Of a DNA stretch of 64,000 nucleotides, positions 9,182-18,825 are shown piece by piece. The notes under the pieces were generated by a model. It saw nothing but the letters and a program-made list of their open reading frames with translations, did no database searches and was not told the DNA's origin. A program made the position numbers and the translations under genes. Position 1 is the first letter of the stretch; the number at the start of each line of letters is the position of its first letter. Location of the stretch: assembly GCA_964612055.1 (NCBI GenBank), contig CAZTBI010000002.1, positions 5,632-69,631 on the forward strand, written 5' to 3'. Source of the stretch: an uncultured Bdellovibrionales bacterium (GTDB taxonomy: Bacteria; Patescibacteriota; Minisyncoccia; Moranbacterales; UBA1568).

Positions 9182-11185
9182 CTATGGATTAATTCCTGCC
9201 GCTCTCCATGCTGCTTTTTGTTCAGCAGTCAACTTGCTATAAGCATCAGCATGTTCCTTCGGTGACCAGTTTCCACTATGAACCTGATCAGTGACGTAGG
9301 CTATGGTTTCAGCATCAACAGGACGTCCAGTCCCACCATGCACCCCTTTAACCTTTCCGAGATCTTCAGCAGACATTCCGCCTAGATGCTTGTTATAAGC
9401 ATCTTGCCTCGTCATACCAGTAGCAATATCATTGTCAATCAATACTTTTGTATGTCCCTCTTTTTTAAGCTTCTGATCAAGCTTATCTTTAATCGCAGGA
9501 TTTGTAGCAACCATACCCTGATACTGGGCAGTAGTCATACCGTCGAAAGCTTTAGCGTCCATCTTATCAACAAGTTGAGCGATCGATTTTGTGTCGTTAC
9601 CCAAATGAGAAATAGCCGAAACCAAAGTATTGGCATCTCTAAATAATTCTTTGTCGGCTTTTTTGATAAGCTCAGCGCGCTTTTCATTTTGAGCCGCAGG
9701 ATTACCCGCATTCGCGACATCGACAGCTGCCAAACCTTGATTAAGTTGGGCGGCATCTTGGAAGCCTCCGCGCTTTGATAACAACCGAACCGCTGCTTCC
9801 AATGAAGCTTTATCGTGTTTAGTAGGATCAGCAACCATTGCTCGCAACTGAGTATCACTGGTTCGCTCTTCTTCCATCCTCTTCTCCTCTTCGGAGACTT
9901 TTTTGTTATGTTGACTCTCGACAGTTCGACGATATCCAGTCTTTCCTTCTCCCACATATGCAGCCAACCTTCCTTCGCTCTTCTCGCTAGAATCTTTCCA
10001 GTACTTAGGAGTGGCAAATCTTAGAACTTTATTATTTTCGGCACGACTCTTCAGGCCTTTTCCGACGCCTCTTGTCAACGTGTTATTATAGGTTTTCCTT
10101 CCTGCCCATTTAGCAAATTTTTGCCCCGTACCAGCTACAGCGCCGGCACCCATGATAGACATGGAAGTTGCCAGTCCAATCGCCATCCACAGCATAATCA
10201 TGGGGACGGTAAACATGGCCATAGAGCTAATAAAGCCAGCAGAAGTCGGGGCAGTATTAGCAGTCGCAGAATCAATAAATTGTTTCACCGTGTTGTCCTT
10301 CGCTATTTCTGCAAAAAAACGCGTAGCAACCATGAGCATAAGAGCTGCTGCTGGACCAAAAAACGTATACTGCCACAGTTTATCCCACCACATACCGCCA
10401 TATTTTCCGAGTCCCGGGATGACCGAAGCGGCAAAGCCGACAGAAGAAAAAATAAGAAGGATCACCAAGGCCGCTATACGAATCACAAATAGTATCGCCA
10501 AGACAAGCAGCGAAATTGAAAAGATGAACAGGAATACAATGGCCATGAGAATCTGTGACACTCCCATGCTTGTAAAATCAACCTCTTGGATACCACCCTT
10601 TGATCCAGGAATGAGGATGTTTTGAATTTGCGAAGCACTCAAAACTGTTCCCAGATAATCTTTCTGGTTTGTACCATCTCCAGTAGCCCCTATTTGATTA
10701 ATAAAGTAGTACATCGGGACATTGGTCACATCGATAATAATCCGGGTAATAGGGAAACTGAAGTTCACAAAGAGCGCCGCCAAGACAATGCTGAGCAATG
10801 TTTTCTTGTAGTTGCTCGCTACCTGAAAAACGATAGTAAAGGCAGTATAAAGAAGCGTCAGGATAAAGAAGAGGTTGAAAAAATCTCGAACAAACTGCCA
10901 CATGGTGTAGACACTGGCACGATTGAGCAGCCCATCTGATCCAGAGATATAATCCGGATTCACTGCCCATTCAAAAAGCGTAATAGCTATTGAGGCGAGC
11001 CAGCCAATCATCACAAAAACACCGTAGAGAAGAGCCTTGAATGCAGATCCTACGGTATTCCCAAGCAAATCGCCAAGACCAGCGTGCACCAAAGACGGGC
11101 TTAGAAAAAATATTCCCGATGCAAAAGCAAGAAGCGTGAAAGCAGAGACGACGATATTTTGTCTTTTGTTTTTTTTGAACACCAT
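9182..11185 (-). CDS. VirB6/TrbL-like polytopic membrane protein with C-terminal soluble domain
   Basis: 667 aa, N-terminal signal/TM then 6 or more TM helices over about 350 aa, hydrophilic C-terminal about 300 aa; position and topology as PrgH/TcpH/VirB6. Confidence 0.5.
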   Translation of the reverse strand: MVFKKNKRQNIVVSAFTLLAFASGIFFLSPSLVHAGLGDLLGNTVGSAFKALLYGVFVMIGWLASIAITLFEWAVNPDYISGSDGLLNRASVYTMWQFVRDFFNLFFILTLLYTAFTIVFQVASNYKKTLLSIVLAALFVNFSFPITRIIIDVTNVPMYYFINQIGATGDGTNQKDYLGTVLSASQIQNILIPGSKGGIQEVDFTSMGVSQILMAIVFLFIFSISLLVLAILFVIRIAALVILLIFSSVGFAASVIPGLGKYGGMWWDKLWQYTFFGPAAALMLMVATRFFAEIAKDNTVKQFIDSATANTAPTSAGFISSMAMFTVPMIMLWMAIGLATSMSIMGAGAVAGTGQKFAKWAGRKTYNNTLTRGVGKGLKSRAENNKVLRFATPKYWKDSSEKSEGRLAAYVGEGKTGYRRTVESQHNKKVSEEEKRMEEERTSDTQLRAMVADPTKHDKASLEAAVRLLSKRGGFQDAAQLNQGLAAVDVANAGNPAAQNEKRAELIKKADKELFRDANTLVSAISHLGNDTKSIAQLVDKMDAKAFDGMTTAQYQGMVATNPAIKDKLDQKLKKEGHTKVLIDNDIATGMTRQDAYNKHLGGMSAEDLGKVKGVHGGTGRPVDAETIAYVTDQVHSGNWSPKEHADAYSKLTAEQKAAWRAAGINP

Positions 11186-11332
11186 ACGTTACGAAAAGAA
11201 GATCCACTTCCCATTCTCAAACAAAAGGGGAATTTTCCGAACACTTTCGTCAAAATTATACCATACAAGAGAAGAAAACAAAAAAGAGCGCTCGCACGAA
11301 ACGCTCTTCTTTTCTTATCTTCTGACACGTTT

Positions 11333-12577
11333 CTAGTAAATGTATCCTTTGATGGCTCGGCTCGTAGCAGAAAGCGTCCGACGACTGGTCTTACCCCAAC
11401 CGACATAGTTCATTTCAGAGACCGTGATCGTACCGCCACTCACTTTTTCTACCAGGGCGACGTGACCATAGTACCGATTCTCAGTGGTTACTACGATGGA
11501 ACCAACCGCGGGCGTTCGCCCAGTCTTGTATCCCATAGCTTTGGCTTTGTAGAGCCAAGTACCAGCATTACCACTCCACGGAACATAGCGTTTCTGAGCC
11601 ACGTACCAGGTACAGTAGCCATACGGAAAGCGATGACCTGTACCAGCTCGCCCTTCGAGCTTCTTGAAACCAGAAGAAATATCAGTCGCTACACCACCTG
11701 TTGAAGTAGCATACTGACGCCGTTCGATGCCGGTATCAGGAGTGACTGGCTTCGGAGCTTCTTCTTTCTTTCCGTCAGGGATGATAATGAGGTCGCCCAC
11801 TTCTATTTCACCATTCGCTGGCAACTCATTGAAGGCGATAATTTTTTCCTTCTCTGCCTTATACATTGAAGCGATAGAATCAAGGGTATCACCAGACTTC
11901 ACCACATAGGAGAGTCCCGCTACCGGCAAGATAAATATCTGATCGCCTGGCTTGATCTGATCAGCATTGTCGAGGTCGTTAGCCCAGAGAACCGTATTGA
12001 CCGTAATACCGTTCTTCGAGGCGATACCACTTAAGGTATCGCCGTCCTTGACGGTATAGATCTTCACCCCGCCATCTTCTTCTGGGTCACGAGCGATAGA
12101 AGAGCCAGTCTGAGTCGAAAGAAGCACCTGGTTCCCCAAAGTAGCATTCTGAATATCCAAGAGTGAAATATCAGTTTTCTCCTCTGGATCAATAGGAGCA
12201 GGGGCATTGGCAAGCGGCACCAAAGACAGGTTCTCCTTTTTACTAACCTGCGCCGCGATACGATGCTTAGACGAAAGCGCTTCCTCAGCAGAAGCACCGT
12301 CGCCGTTAATATAGCCGAAAAGAAGGCTCTCTGAGTCTTTTCCCTGAGTGAAATTACTCACCGAAACGAGTAAAGCGCTCGAAGTGACGATAGAAAAGGC
12401 TGAATAGTTTCGAAAAATACGTACGACTCGATAGCCGGAAACTTCCTTGATAAAATGAAGCACTCTCGTCTGAAGACGGTGAAGGCGAGTATGCAAAGCG
12501 TAGGAAGAGACAGGATAGTCTCTTTTTTCCTTCACGTGAGGAGCGCGTTTCCAAGGAAACGATAAACGCTCTTTCAC
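11333..12577 (-). CDS. peptidoglycan hydrolase with two LysM domains and C-terminal CHAP domain (VirB1 functional analog)
   Basis: LysM motifs YTVKDGDTLSGIASKNGITV and YVVKSGDTLDSIASMYKAEKEKI; CHAP catalytic Cys (YGYCTWYV) and His (YGHVALVEKV); N-terminal TM anchor. Confidence 0.8.
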   Translation of the reverse strand: MKERLSFPWKRAPHVKEKRDYPVSSYALHTRLHRLQTRVLHFIKEVSGYRVVRIFRNYSAFSIVTSSALLVSVSNFTQGKDSESLLFGYINGDGASAEEALSSKHRIAAQVSKKENLSLVPLANAPAPIDPEEKTDISLLDIQNATLGNQVLLSTQTGSSIARDPEEDGGVKIYTVKDGDTLSGIASKNGITVNTVLWANDLDNADQIKPGDQIFILPVAGLSYVVKSGDTLDSIASMYKAEKEKIIAFNELPANGEIEVGDLIIIPDGKKEEAPKPVTPDTGIERRQYATSTGGVATDISSGFKKLEGRAGTGHRFPYGYCTWYVAQKRYVPWSGNAGTWLYKAKAMGYKTGRTPAVGSIVVTTENRYYGHVALVEKVSGGTITVSEMNYVGWGKTSRRTLSATSRAIKGYIY

Positions 12578-13027
12578 CCTCGAAAAGAAAAGCTTGGTAC
12601 GAATAAAACGTCGGCCCTTCGATTGGGAAAACCCCTGAGAACAGGTCTGTTGGAACCATCCAACAAGAAACGTCCATCGCGGCTCTTCCCCTAATTTTTA
12701 CAAATGTCAGTATAGCTTTTTCCTTTCCTTTCGTCAATGAAAAAAGTCACTAAAAACGTACTTTATGGCTTAAATAAAGCACAGTATCGTTGTATAACTT
12801 CTGCTCAAAAAGAAGTATACGCCAACTCTCAAAAGAAAGGCTCTACATCTTCCTCTCGGGCAACTTGGCAGGAAATTTGCATAGTTCCTTGCTCCTTGGG
12901 CAAGGAAAATTTTCTGACACGTTAGTCAAAACTGAGCTGGAGTTTTGATGAGCCAGAGAGGAAAGATCGGGGCCAGTAAAAAGGTGCTCTATGATACAAT
13001 ACACATGTCTTATAATATTATTCTGCC

Positions 13028-13981
13028 ATGACCTCTTTTGAAAAGCCACAGAACGATATCGAAGCTTTAGCCAAGCGCTTTTGTGACCACCTCGAGATAG
13101 AACTCAACCGATCCAGACGGACACTCGAGAGCTATTCTCGGGTGCTGCAGTCCTTCTTTTCCTGGGGAAACATCACTATTCCAGCCGATATTACCGCCGA
13201 AAAGGTCCGGGAATATCGTCTTCACCTGAACCGTAAGTCGAACCGTCGAGGGGAAAGCCTCAAGAAGAACACCCAGTCCTACCACGCTATTGTACTTCGC
13301 ACCTTCCTCAAATACCTCGCTAAACAAGACATCGAGGTCCTGCCAGCTGAAAAAATCGAGGTGGGAAAGGCCGAAGACCGACAGATTGATTTCCTCGAAT
13401 ACGATGAGGTCATGCGTCTGATCGAAGCCGCCTCCGGAAAAACCCCGAAGAACCTCCGTGATCAAGCCATCCTGGAACTTCTTTTTTCTTCGGGGCTGCG
13501 CGTCTCGGAACTCGTCTCACTCGATCGCAACCACGTGAATCTGGAGAAAGAAGAGTTCAGTGTCCGTGGTAAGGGTCGAAAATTACGTATTGTCTTTATT
13601 TCACCTGAAGCCAAGAAATCACTCCAAAAATATCTCGATATCCGCTCTGATGTCGATCCGGCTCTCTTCATCGCCTATCCCAAAAAAGGCCTGGTCAATG
13701 AGAAGAATAGGAAGCGCGAGACACTCCGTCTCACGACCAGGAGCATCGCTCGCATCGTGAAACACTATGCCACCAAGGCTGGAATACTGAAAGATGTCCA
13801 TCCGCACACCCTGCGTCACAGTTTTGCCACGGATCTTTTGGTTAATGGTGCCGATATCAGATCAGTACAAGCCATGCTTGGACATGCCTCCATCACTACC
13901 ACTCAGATCTACACCCACGTCACCAACGAACGCCTGAAAGAAGTCCATCAATCCTTCCACGCCAAAAGAAAAAAGAAGTGA
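13028..13981 (+). CDS. xerD: tyrosine site-specific recombinase XerC/XerD family
   Basis: C-terminal catalytic box HPHTLRHSFATDLLVNGADIRSVQAMLGHASITTTQIYTHV; RSRRTLESYSRVL N-terminal SAM-like domain. Confidence 0.85.
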   Translation: MTSFEKPQNDIEALAKRFCDHLEIELNRSRRTLESYSRVLQSFFSWGNITIPADITAEKVREYRLHLNRKSNRRGESLKKNTQSYHAIVLRTFLKYLAKQDIEVLPAEKIEVGKAEDRQIDFLEYDEVMRLIEAASGKTPKNLRDQAILELLFSSGLRVSELVSLDRNHVNLEKEEFSVRGKGRKLRIVFISPEAKKSLQKYLDIRSDVDPALFIAYPKKGLVNEKNRKRETLRLTTRSIARIVKHYATKAGILKDVHPHTLRHSFATDLLVNGADIRSVQAMLGHASITTTQIYTHVTNERLKEVHQSFHAKRKKK

Positions 13982-14003
13982 CCTCACATCACTTCTTTTT
14001 ATA

Positions 14004-16253
14004 TTATACCTTCTTCAGTGGCGCCACTCCGAGCATCATTTTCTTGACGCCGGCACGCTTGAAGGCGATAGTAGCCAGTGTTCCAGCGATCGAAACGATC
14101 AGTCCCGAACCGAACTGCGGATGTTCCACCATGTCTCCTGGCCTAACGTCACTGAACGTCAGCGGCTCTGCAGTTTCCGTGTTTCCTTCGGATATTTTTA
14201 GAGCTTCTTTGAGAGAACCGACTTTTTTTGTCGCTACTGGAAACGAATGAAAAGACTTTCGAAAATGACGCTTGCCCATCATCCCAGTACGTTTCAGTTC
14301 TTTTTCATCAATCAAGTGACTGGGAATTTCACTGATGAAACGTGACGGCGGATTCACCTGCGTCGAACCAAAAATAGTTCGCTGTTCGGTATAGAGGAGA
14401 CACACTCGCTCCTTGGCCCGGGTCAGTCCCACGTACATGAGCCGGCGCTCTTCTTCCATCTCTTGTGGCGAGAGGGCGCTCCGTGAGTGCGGGAACACGC
14501 CTTCTTCCAACCCGAGAATGAACACGATCGGAAACTCCAACCCCTTGGCGCTGTGCACTGTCATGACATGCACTGCCTCACTCTCCCGATTGATCTCATC
14601 GGTATCAGATGATAGCGCCACTTCTTCGAGGAAACGCTCCAGTGCTTGATCGAGACTGGTATCATTAAATTTCTGTGCCACCGAAAAAAGTTCCCGCACG
14701 TTTTCTTGCCGTACTTCTCCTTCGCTCGTCCCATCAGCCAGACTATCAAAATAACCACTCTGTTCTGTGAGAAGATCCAAAAGCTCCGTCAGTTTCAGGT
14801 CCGTCCGACTCTCCATCGTGGCTCGGATCTTCAAGAAGATATCGGCAAACTGCTTGATAAGCTTGATTTTGCCATCGCGGAGGTCACTTGTTTCAGTGGA
14901 AAGTTCATACGCCGCCTCCATAACACTCATATCCTTGGCTCGCGAGAAAGCAATCCACCGGTCGAGCGTTGCTCTTCCGATGCTTCGTTTGGGTTCATTC
15001 ACAATACGCTCCAACGCCAAGACGTCCTTTGGATTCTGTAAAAGCTTCACGTAAGAAATAACGTCCTTGATTTCCTTGCGCTGATAGAATTTGAGTCCCC
15101 CGACAATCCGATAGTTGATAGAGTAACGAAGAAACATTTCTTCCACAATACGAGACTGAGCATTGGTACGGTAGAGTACTGCAAAGTCACTCGCTGTACG
15201 CCCTTTCTTCATTTCTTCTTGCACTGTCTCCGCCACAAAACGCGCTTCTGCCTCTTCATCTTCTGCCGGACAGAGCGTGATCAATTCTCCAGCCTTAGTT
15301 TCCGTCCACAATTTCTTGTGGCGCTGGTGAACGTTCTTTTCAATTACCCCGGTGGCGGCATCAAGAATGACCTGAGTGGAACGATAATTCTGATCAAGCA
15401 CGATGACTGCTGCCTCCGGATAGTCTTTTTCAAAATTCAAAATATTACGAATATCCGCCTGACGCCAACCGTAAATCGACTGATAGTCATCGCCGATCAC
15501 AAAAATGTTGCCGTGTTTCTTAGCAAGAAGGTGTACCAGGGTGTACTGAAGCGAGTTGGTATCCTGATACTCGTCCACCATGACGTAGCGGAACAATTCT
15601 TGATACTTCTCCAAAACTTTTGGATATTCCTGAAAGAGTTTTACCGTCAATCGGATCATGTCGTCAAAATCCAAAGCATTGGTATTTTTGAGCTCCTTCT
15701 GATACCGCTCGTACACCTTGGCGGCTAGTTCCTCGTAGTAACTCCCCGTCTGAAGCAGATACTGTTCCGGCTCCATCTGGGCATTCTTAGCTTTCGAGAT
15801 CGCTTCCAAAAGCGAGCGTGGCCGTACCTGGTCCGGATCCATCTCGAGCTCCTTCATGACCTTTTTCACGATCGACTGCTGATCCTGATCATCAATAATA
15901 TTGAAATTCCGACCATACCCCAGGACTTCAATCTCCCGACGTAAGATCTTGGCACAAATGTTGTGAAAGGTGCCGATATGCGGCGGTAAGACCAAGGCGC
16001 CATATTCTGCTGCCTCACTCTGGGAAAGCAACTTCTCAATACGCTCCCGCATCTCCTGAGCCGCCTTATTCGTAAAAGTGACCGCCAAGATCCGCTCAGG
16101 ACTTACTTTTTTCTCTTCGATCAAGTAAGCAATACGGTGCGTCAAAGTCTTCGTCTTACCGGATCCGGCTCCAGCCAAAATCAAAACTGCCCCTTCTGTG
16201 GTCAGAACGGCCCGCAATTGCTCTGGATTCAACCCTTTTTCCCAAAATTTCAT
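14004..16253 (-). CDS. pcrA: ATP-dependent DNA helicase PcrA/UvrD
   Basis: LNPEQLRAV...ILAGAGSGKTKTLTHRIAYLI Walker A, DEYQDTN motif, 749 aa. Confidence 0.9.
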   Translation of the reverse strand: MKFWEKGLNPEQLRAVLTTEGAVLILAGAGSGKTKTLTHRIAYLIEEKKVSPERILAVTFTNKAAQEMRERIEKLLSQSEAAEYGALVLPPHIGTFHNICAKILRREIEVLGYGRNFNIIDDQDQQSIVKKVMKELEMDPDQVRPRSLLEAISKAKNAQMEPEQYLLQTGSYYEELAAKVYERYQKELKNTNALDFDDMIRLTVKLFQEYPKVLEKYQELFRYVMVDEYQDTNSLQYTLVHLLAKKHGNIFVIGDDYQSIYGWRQADIRNILNFEKDYPEAAVIVLDQNYRSTQVILDAATGVIEKNVHQRHKKLWTETKAGELITLCPAEDEEAEARFVAETVQEEMKKGRTASDFAVLYRTNAQSRIVEEMFLRYSINYRIVGGLKFYQRKEIKDVISYVKLLQNPKDVLALERIVNEPKRSIGRATLDRWIAFSRAKDMSVMEAAYELSTETSDLRDGKIKLIKQFADIFLKIRATMESRTDLKLTELLDLLTEQSGYFDSLADGTSEGEVRQENVRELFSVAQKFNDTSLDQALERFLEEVALSSDTDEINRESEAVHVMTVHSAKGLEFPIVFILGLEEGVFPHSRSALSPQEMEEERRLMYVGLTRAKERVCLLYTEQRTIFGSTQVNPPSRFISEIPSHLIDEKELKRTGMMGKRHFRKSFHSFPVATKKVGSLKEALKISEGNTETAEPLTFSDVRPGDMVEHPQFGSGLIVSIAGTLATIAFKRAGVKKMMLGVAPLKKV

Positions 16254-16324
16254 AGAACTTTACTATTCTATCACAGTCCGTACCTTCACTCTATCCTGGG
16301 AAGAAATATGCTAAAATACCAGAT

Positions 16325-17959
16325 ATGAAAGCCTTTTTCCTGAAATGTATTGAGAGTATCGAAAATACCCCGCTCACTCTGAGATCCTTCAGCGTAGCCT
16401 TTTTTGCGCTCATTATTGCCCGCCTCACAGTAGAGAACACCCTTGGACTTTTCAGGGAAGGTTCGTTCTTCTTTTTCTTTTTTGAATTCACCCACACCTT
16501 CCTCTTTTTCCTCTGCTCCTTCATTATCATGCTTCCCATTGTCTGGTGGGCAGGCGCTGTCGACCTAAAAAAGGCAGCCAACATTCTCCTTTTTGGCTTT
16601 CTCATCATTCTCACGCCACCTATTATTGACACCTGGATCTTCCATGGGAGTCATTTCTGGAGCTTTTATGAGTTTGACGGACTAAGAGGGCTTTTCGGGC
16701 GCTTCTTCACCCTCTTCGGAGACACACCTGATATCGGCATTACGTACGGTGTTCGGGTCGAAGTAGTCTTGGTCACTCTCGCTCTTGGCATGTACACCTT
16801 CCTCAAGTCTAGGCGCTTGGGCAAGAGCCTTCTCGCCGCTCTCCTGACATACACCACCCTTTTTGTACTTGGCACTTTTCCTTCTTGGGTCACGCTCTTT
16901 GTTCTTGCTTTCCAAAAAGGTCTCTTTGCCATCACAAGTAGTGACGTGGCCGCCCTTTTCCTCTCTCCAGAACAAATTCTTGGACGCGATCTCTCAGACT
17001 TTCGGAGCGTACTTAATTTCAAGATGAGCCTCATCTACGCCCTCCTTGCAAGCACCTTAGGAAGCCTCCTCCTCTTCCGTCAGGCTCCAACCTACTTCTT
17101 TGCACTCTGGAACAATGCTCGTCTTCCTCAGCTTATCTACCATGCCGGCCTTCTCATTCTTGGCATGCTCCTTGCCATCTATTTCTCCAATGGCCATTTC
17201 CAATTCGAATTCTTCCACCTCCTTGGCATCGCTGTTCTTCTCATCGCCGTTGAGTCAGCCTGGCTCGCTTCAGTCATCGTCAATGACATACACGATACCA
17301 AAATAGATGCTCTCACCAACCCCAACCGGCCACTCATTGAACACACTATTCCGACCGAGCTCTATCCTGTCTTCGGCGCTCTTTTCTTTGCCATCTCCAT
17401 CGTCTTTTCTGGTATTGTCAGTTTTTCAGCTCTCCTCATGCTCCTCGCCTACCAGGCGATTGCCTGGCTTTATTCTGCTCCACCACTCCGTCTCAAGAAA
17501 TACCCCCTCCTTGCCACATTTCTCGCTGCCTTTGCCGGTATCCTGGTTCTTGTCGCTGGTTCTGTTTCCCTCTCGGAAACGCATGACATCTCCGCCCTCC
17601 CCTTGCCACTCCTCATCTATCTCTTCATCGCCTATCTGCTCGCCCTTCCCATTAAAGACTTCAAGGACATCAGGGGTGATCAGGGTGATCAGGTCTACAC
17701 TATCCCTGTCCTCTTGGGCGCACAACTCGGGAAACAGGTCATTGGTACCCTGACCTTTCTTCTCTTCGTTTTCAGTCCGTTTGTTCTTCATATACGCTCC
17801 CTCTTTTTTCCAGCCCTCTTCTTCGGCGGCCTTACCTTTCTCGCACTTCAAAAAGGGACCGACGATGAAGCATCTTTCTTCGCCTTCCGAAAACTGCCTC
17901 GTATCATTCTTACTCTTACTATTCTCTACGGTATCGTCACCGTGCTCTTCCTGGTGTAA
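16325..17959 (+). CDS. UbiA-family prenyltransferase domain fused to an N-terminal polytopic membrane domain
   Basis: VNDIHDTKIDALTNPNRPL (NDxxDxxxD motif) and KDFKDIRGDQGDQVYTIPV (second Asp-rich motif); 544 aa, highly hydrophobic. Confidence 0.6.
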   Translation: MKAFFLKCIESIENTPLTLRSFSVAFFALIIARLTVENTLGLFREGSFFFFFFEFTHTFLFFLCSFIIMLPIVWWAGAVDLKKAANILLFGFLIILTPPIIDTWIFHGSHFWSFYEFDGLRGLFGRFFTLFGDTPDIGITYGVRVEVVLVTLALGMYTFLKSRRLGKSLLAALLTYTTLFVLGTFPSWVTLFVLAFQKGLFAITSSDVAALFLSPEQILGRDLSDFRSVLNFKMSLIYALLASTLGSLLLFRQAPTYFFALWNNARLPQLIYHAGLLILGMLLAIYFSNGHFQFEFFHLLGIAVLLIAVESAWLASVIVNDIHDTKIDALTNPNRPLIEHTIPTELYPVFGALFFAISIVFSGIVSFSALLMLLAYQAIAWLYSAPPLRLKKYPLLATFLAAFAGILVLVAGSVSLSETHDISALPLPLLIYLFIAYLLALPIKDFKDIRGDQGDQVYTIPVLLGAQLGKQVIGTLTFLLFVFSPFVLHIRSLFFPALFFGGLTFLALQKGTDDEASFFAFRKLPRIILTLTILYGIVTVLFLV

Positions 17960-17992
17960 CAAAAAAATGAGCGCTATAAGAAAAGAACTCCC

Positions 17993-18802
17993 TCAGGAGT
18001 TCTTTTCTCTATCCCACAAAGCGAGTTCTTCCCACTGTTCAATCGAAAGTCCCTGCGCGCGAATATCTTTTCGTAAACCAAGTGACTCCAACTTTTTCTC
18101 TACCACCTCACGTGGTATCGAGAGACTCGTGGCCAGATTATTCGCCAAGGTTTTCCGACGCGCTGCAAATCCGGCTCGAGCCAGACGAAATACCTTCCGA
18201 TCTTCTTCGGGATCATAGGCGCGCTTCGGAACAATATGCACGACTGCACTGTTCACTTTTGGTACCGGATCAAAAGCTGTTTTCGGAACAAACAATTTCT
18301 TCTCAACATGAGCATAGTACTGCGCCATGACTGAAAGAAGACTCATATCACCCGGTTCGGCCGCAAGACGCTTGGCTACTTCATCCTGCACCATAAGCGT
18401 CAGTGACTGCGGTTGAGATGGTAGCGAAAGGAGCGTGCGAATAATTGGCGCCGTGATGTAGTATGGGATATTAGCGACGATCTTGTAGGGATGCTCGGAG
18501 AAACCGGAGGATTGCAACAATTCTTCAAGGTGGAGATCCAAGATATTTCCTTCTACAATAGAGACGCTTTTCGAATCCACAAAATGCTTCTGGAGTTGCA
18601 CCGCCAGTTCATGATCAAGCTCAATCGCCAAAAGTTTTTCAGACCGCTCTGCTAGTTGAAAAGTAAGTGCTCCGGTTCCGGGACCCACTTCTACTACCCA
18701 GTCAGTCGGCATTACTTCTGCCACAGTAAAGATTCCCTCAATGACCTCTTCGTCTTTGAGAAAATTCTGCCCGAGTGATTTCTTAGCTACTACCTTCTTC
18801 AT
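17993..18802 (-). CDS. rsmA: 16S rRNA (adenine1518/1519-N6)-dimethyltransferase RsmA/KsgA
   Basis: SLGQNFLKDEEVIEGI, VVEVGPGTGALT SAM motif, 269 aa. Confidence 0.9.
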   Translation of the reverse strand: MKKVVAKKSLGQNFLKDEEVIEGIFTVAEVMPTDWVVEVGPGTGALTFQLAERSEKLLAIELDHELAVQLQKHFVDSKSVSIVEGNILDLHLEELLQSSGFSEHPYKIVANIPYYITAPIIRTLLSLPSQPQSLTLMVQDEVAKRLAAEPGDMSLLSVMAQYYAHVEKKLFVPKTAFDPVPKVNSAVVHIVPKRAYDPEEDRKVFRLARAGFAARRKTLANNLATSLSIPREVVEKKLESLGLRKDIRAQGLSIEQWEELALWDREKNS

Positions 18803-18825
18803 GCTGTTTGTTGACTATTGAATTG

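Larger units (their letters stand above)
803..12577 (-). other. Type IV secretion system-like gene cluster (co-directional, tightly spaced)
   Basis: Adjacent VirB4 (split), PrgI/VirB3-like, VirB6-like and LysM-CHAP hydrolase genes plus surface protein and membrane proteins, gaps of 6-160 bp, all on minus strand. Confidence 0.7.

Noticed and set aside
12354-12737. 127-aa ORF overlapping the 5' end of the LysM-CHAP hydrolase gene on the same strand
   Set aside because: It is in a different frame from, and largely overlaps, a well-supported gene; its Ser/Phe/Arg-rich composition suggests chance.
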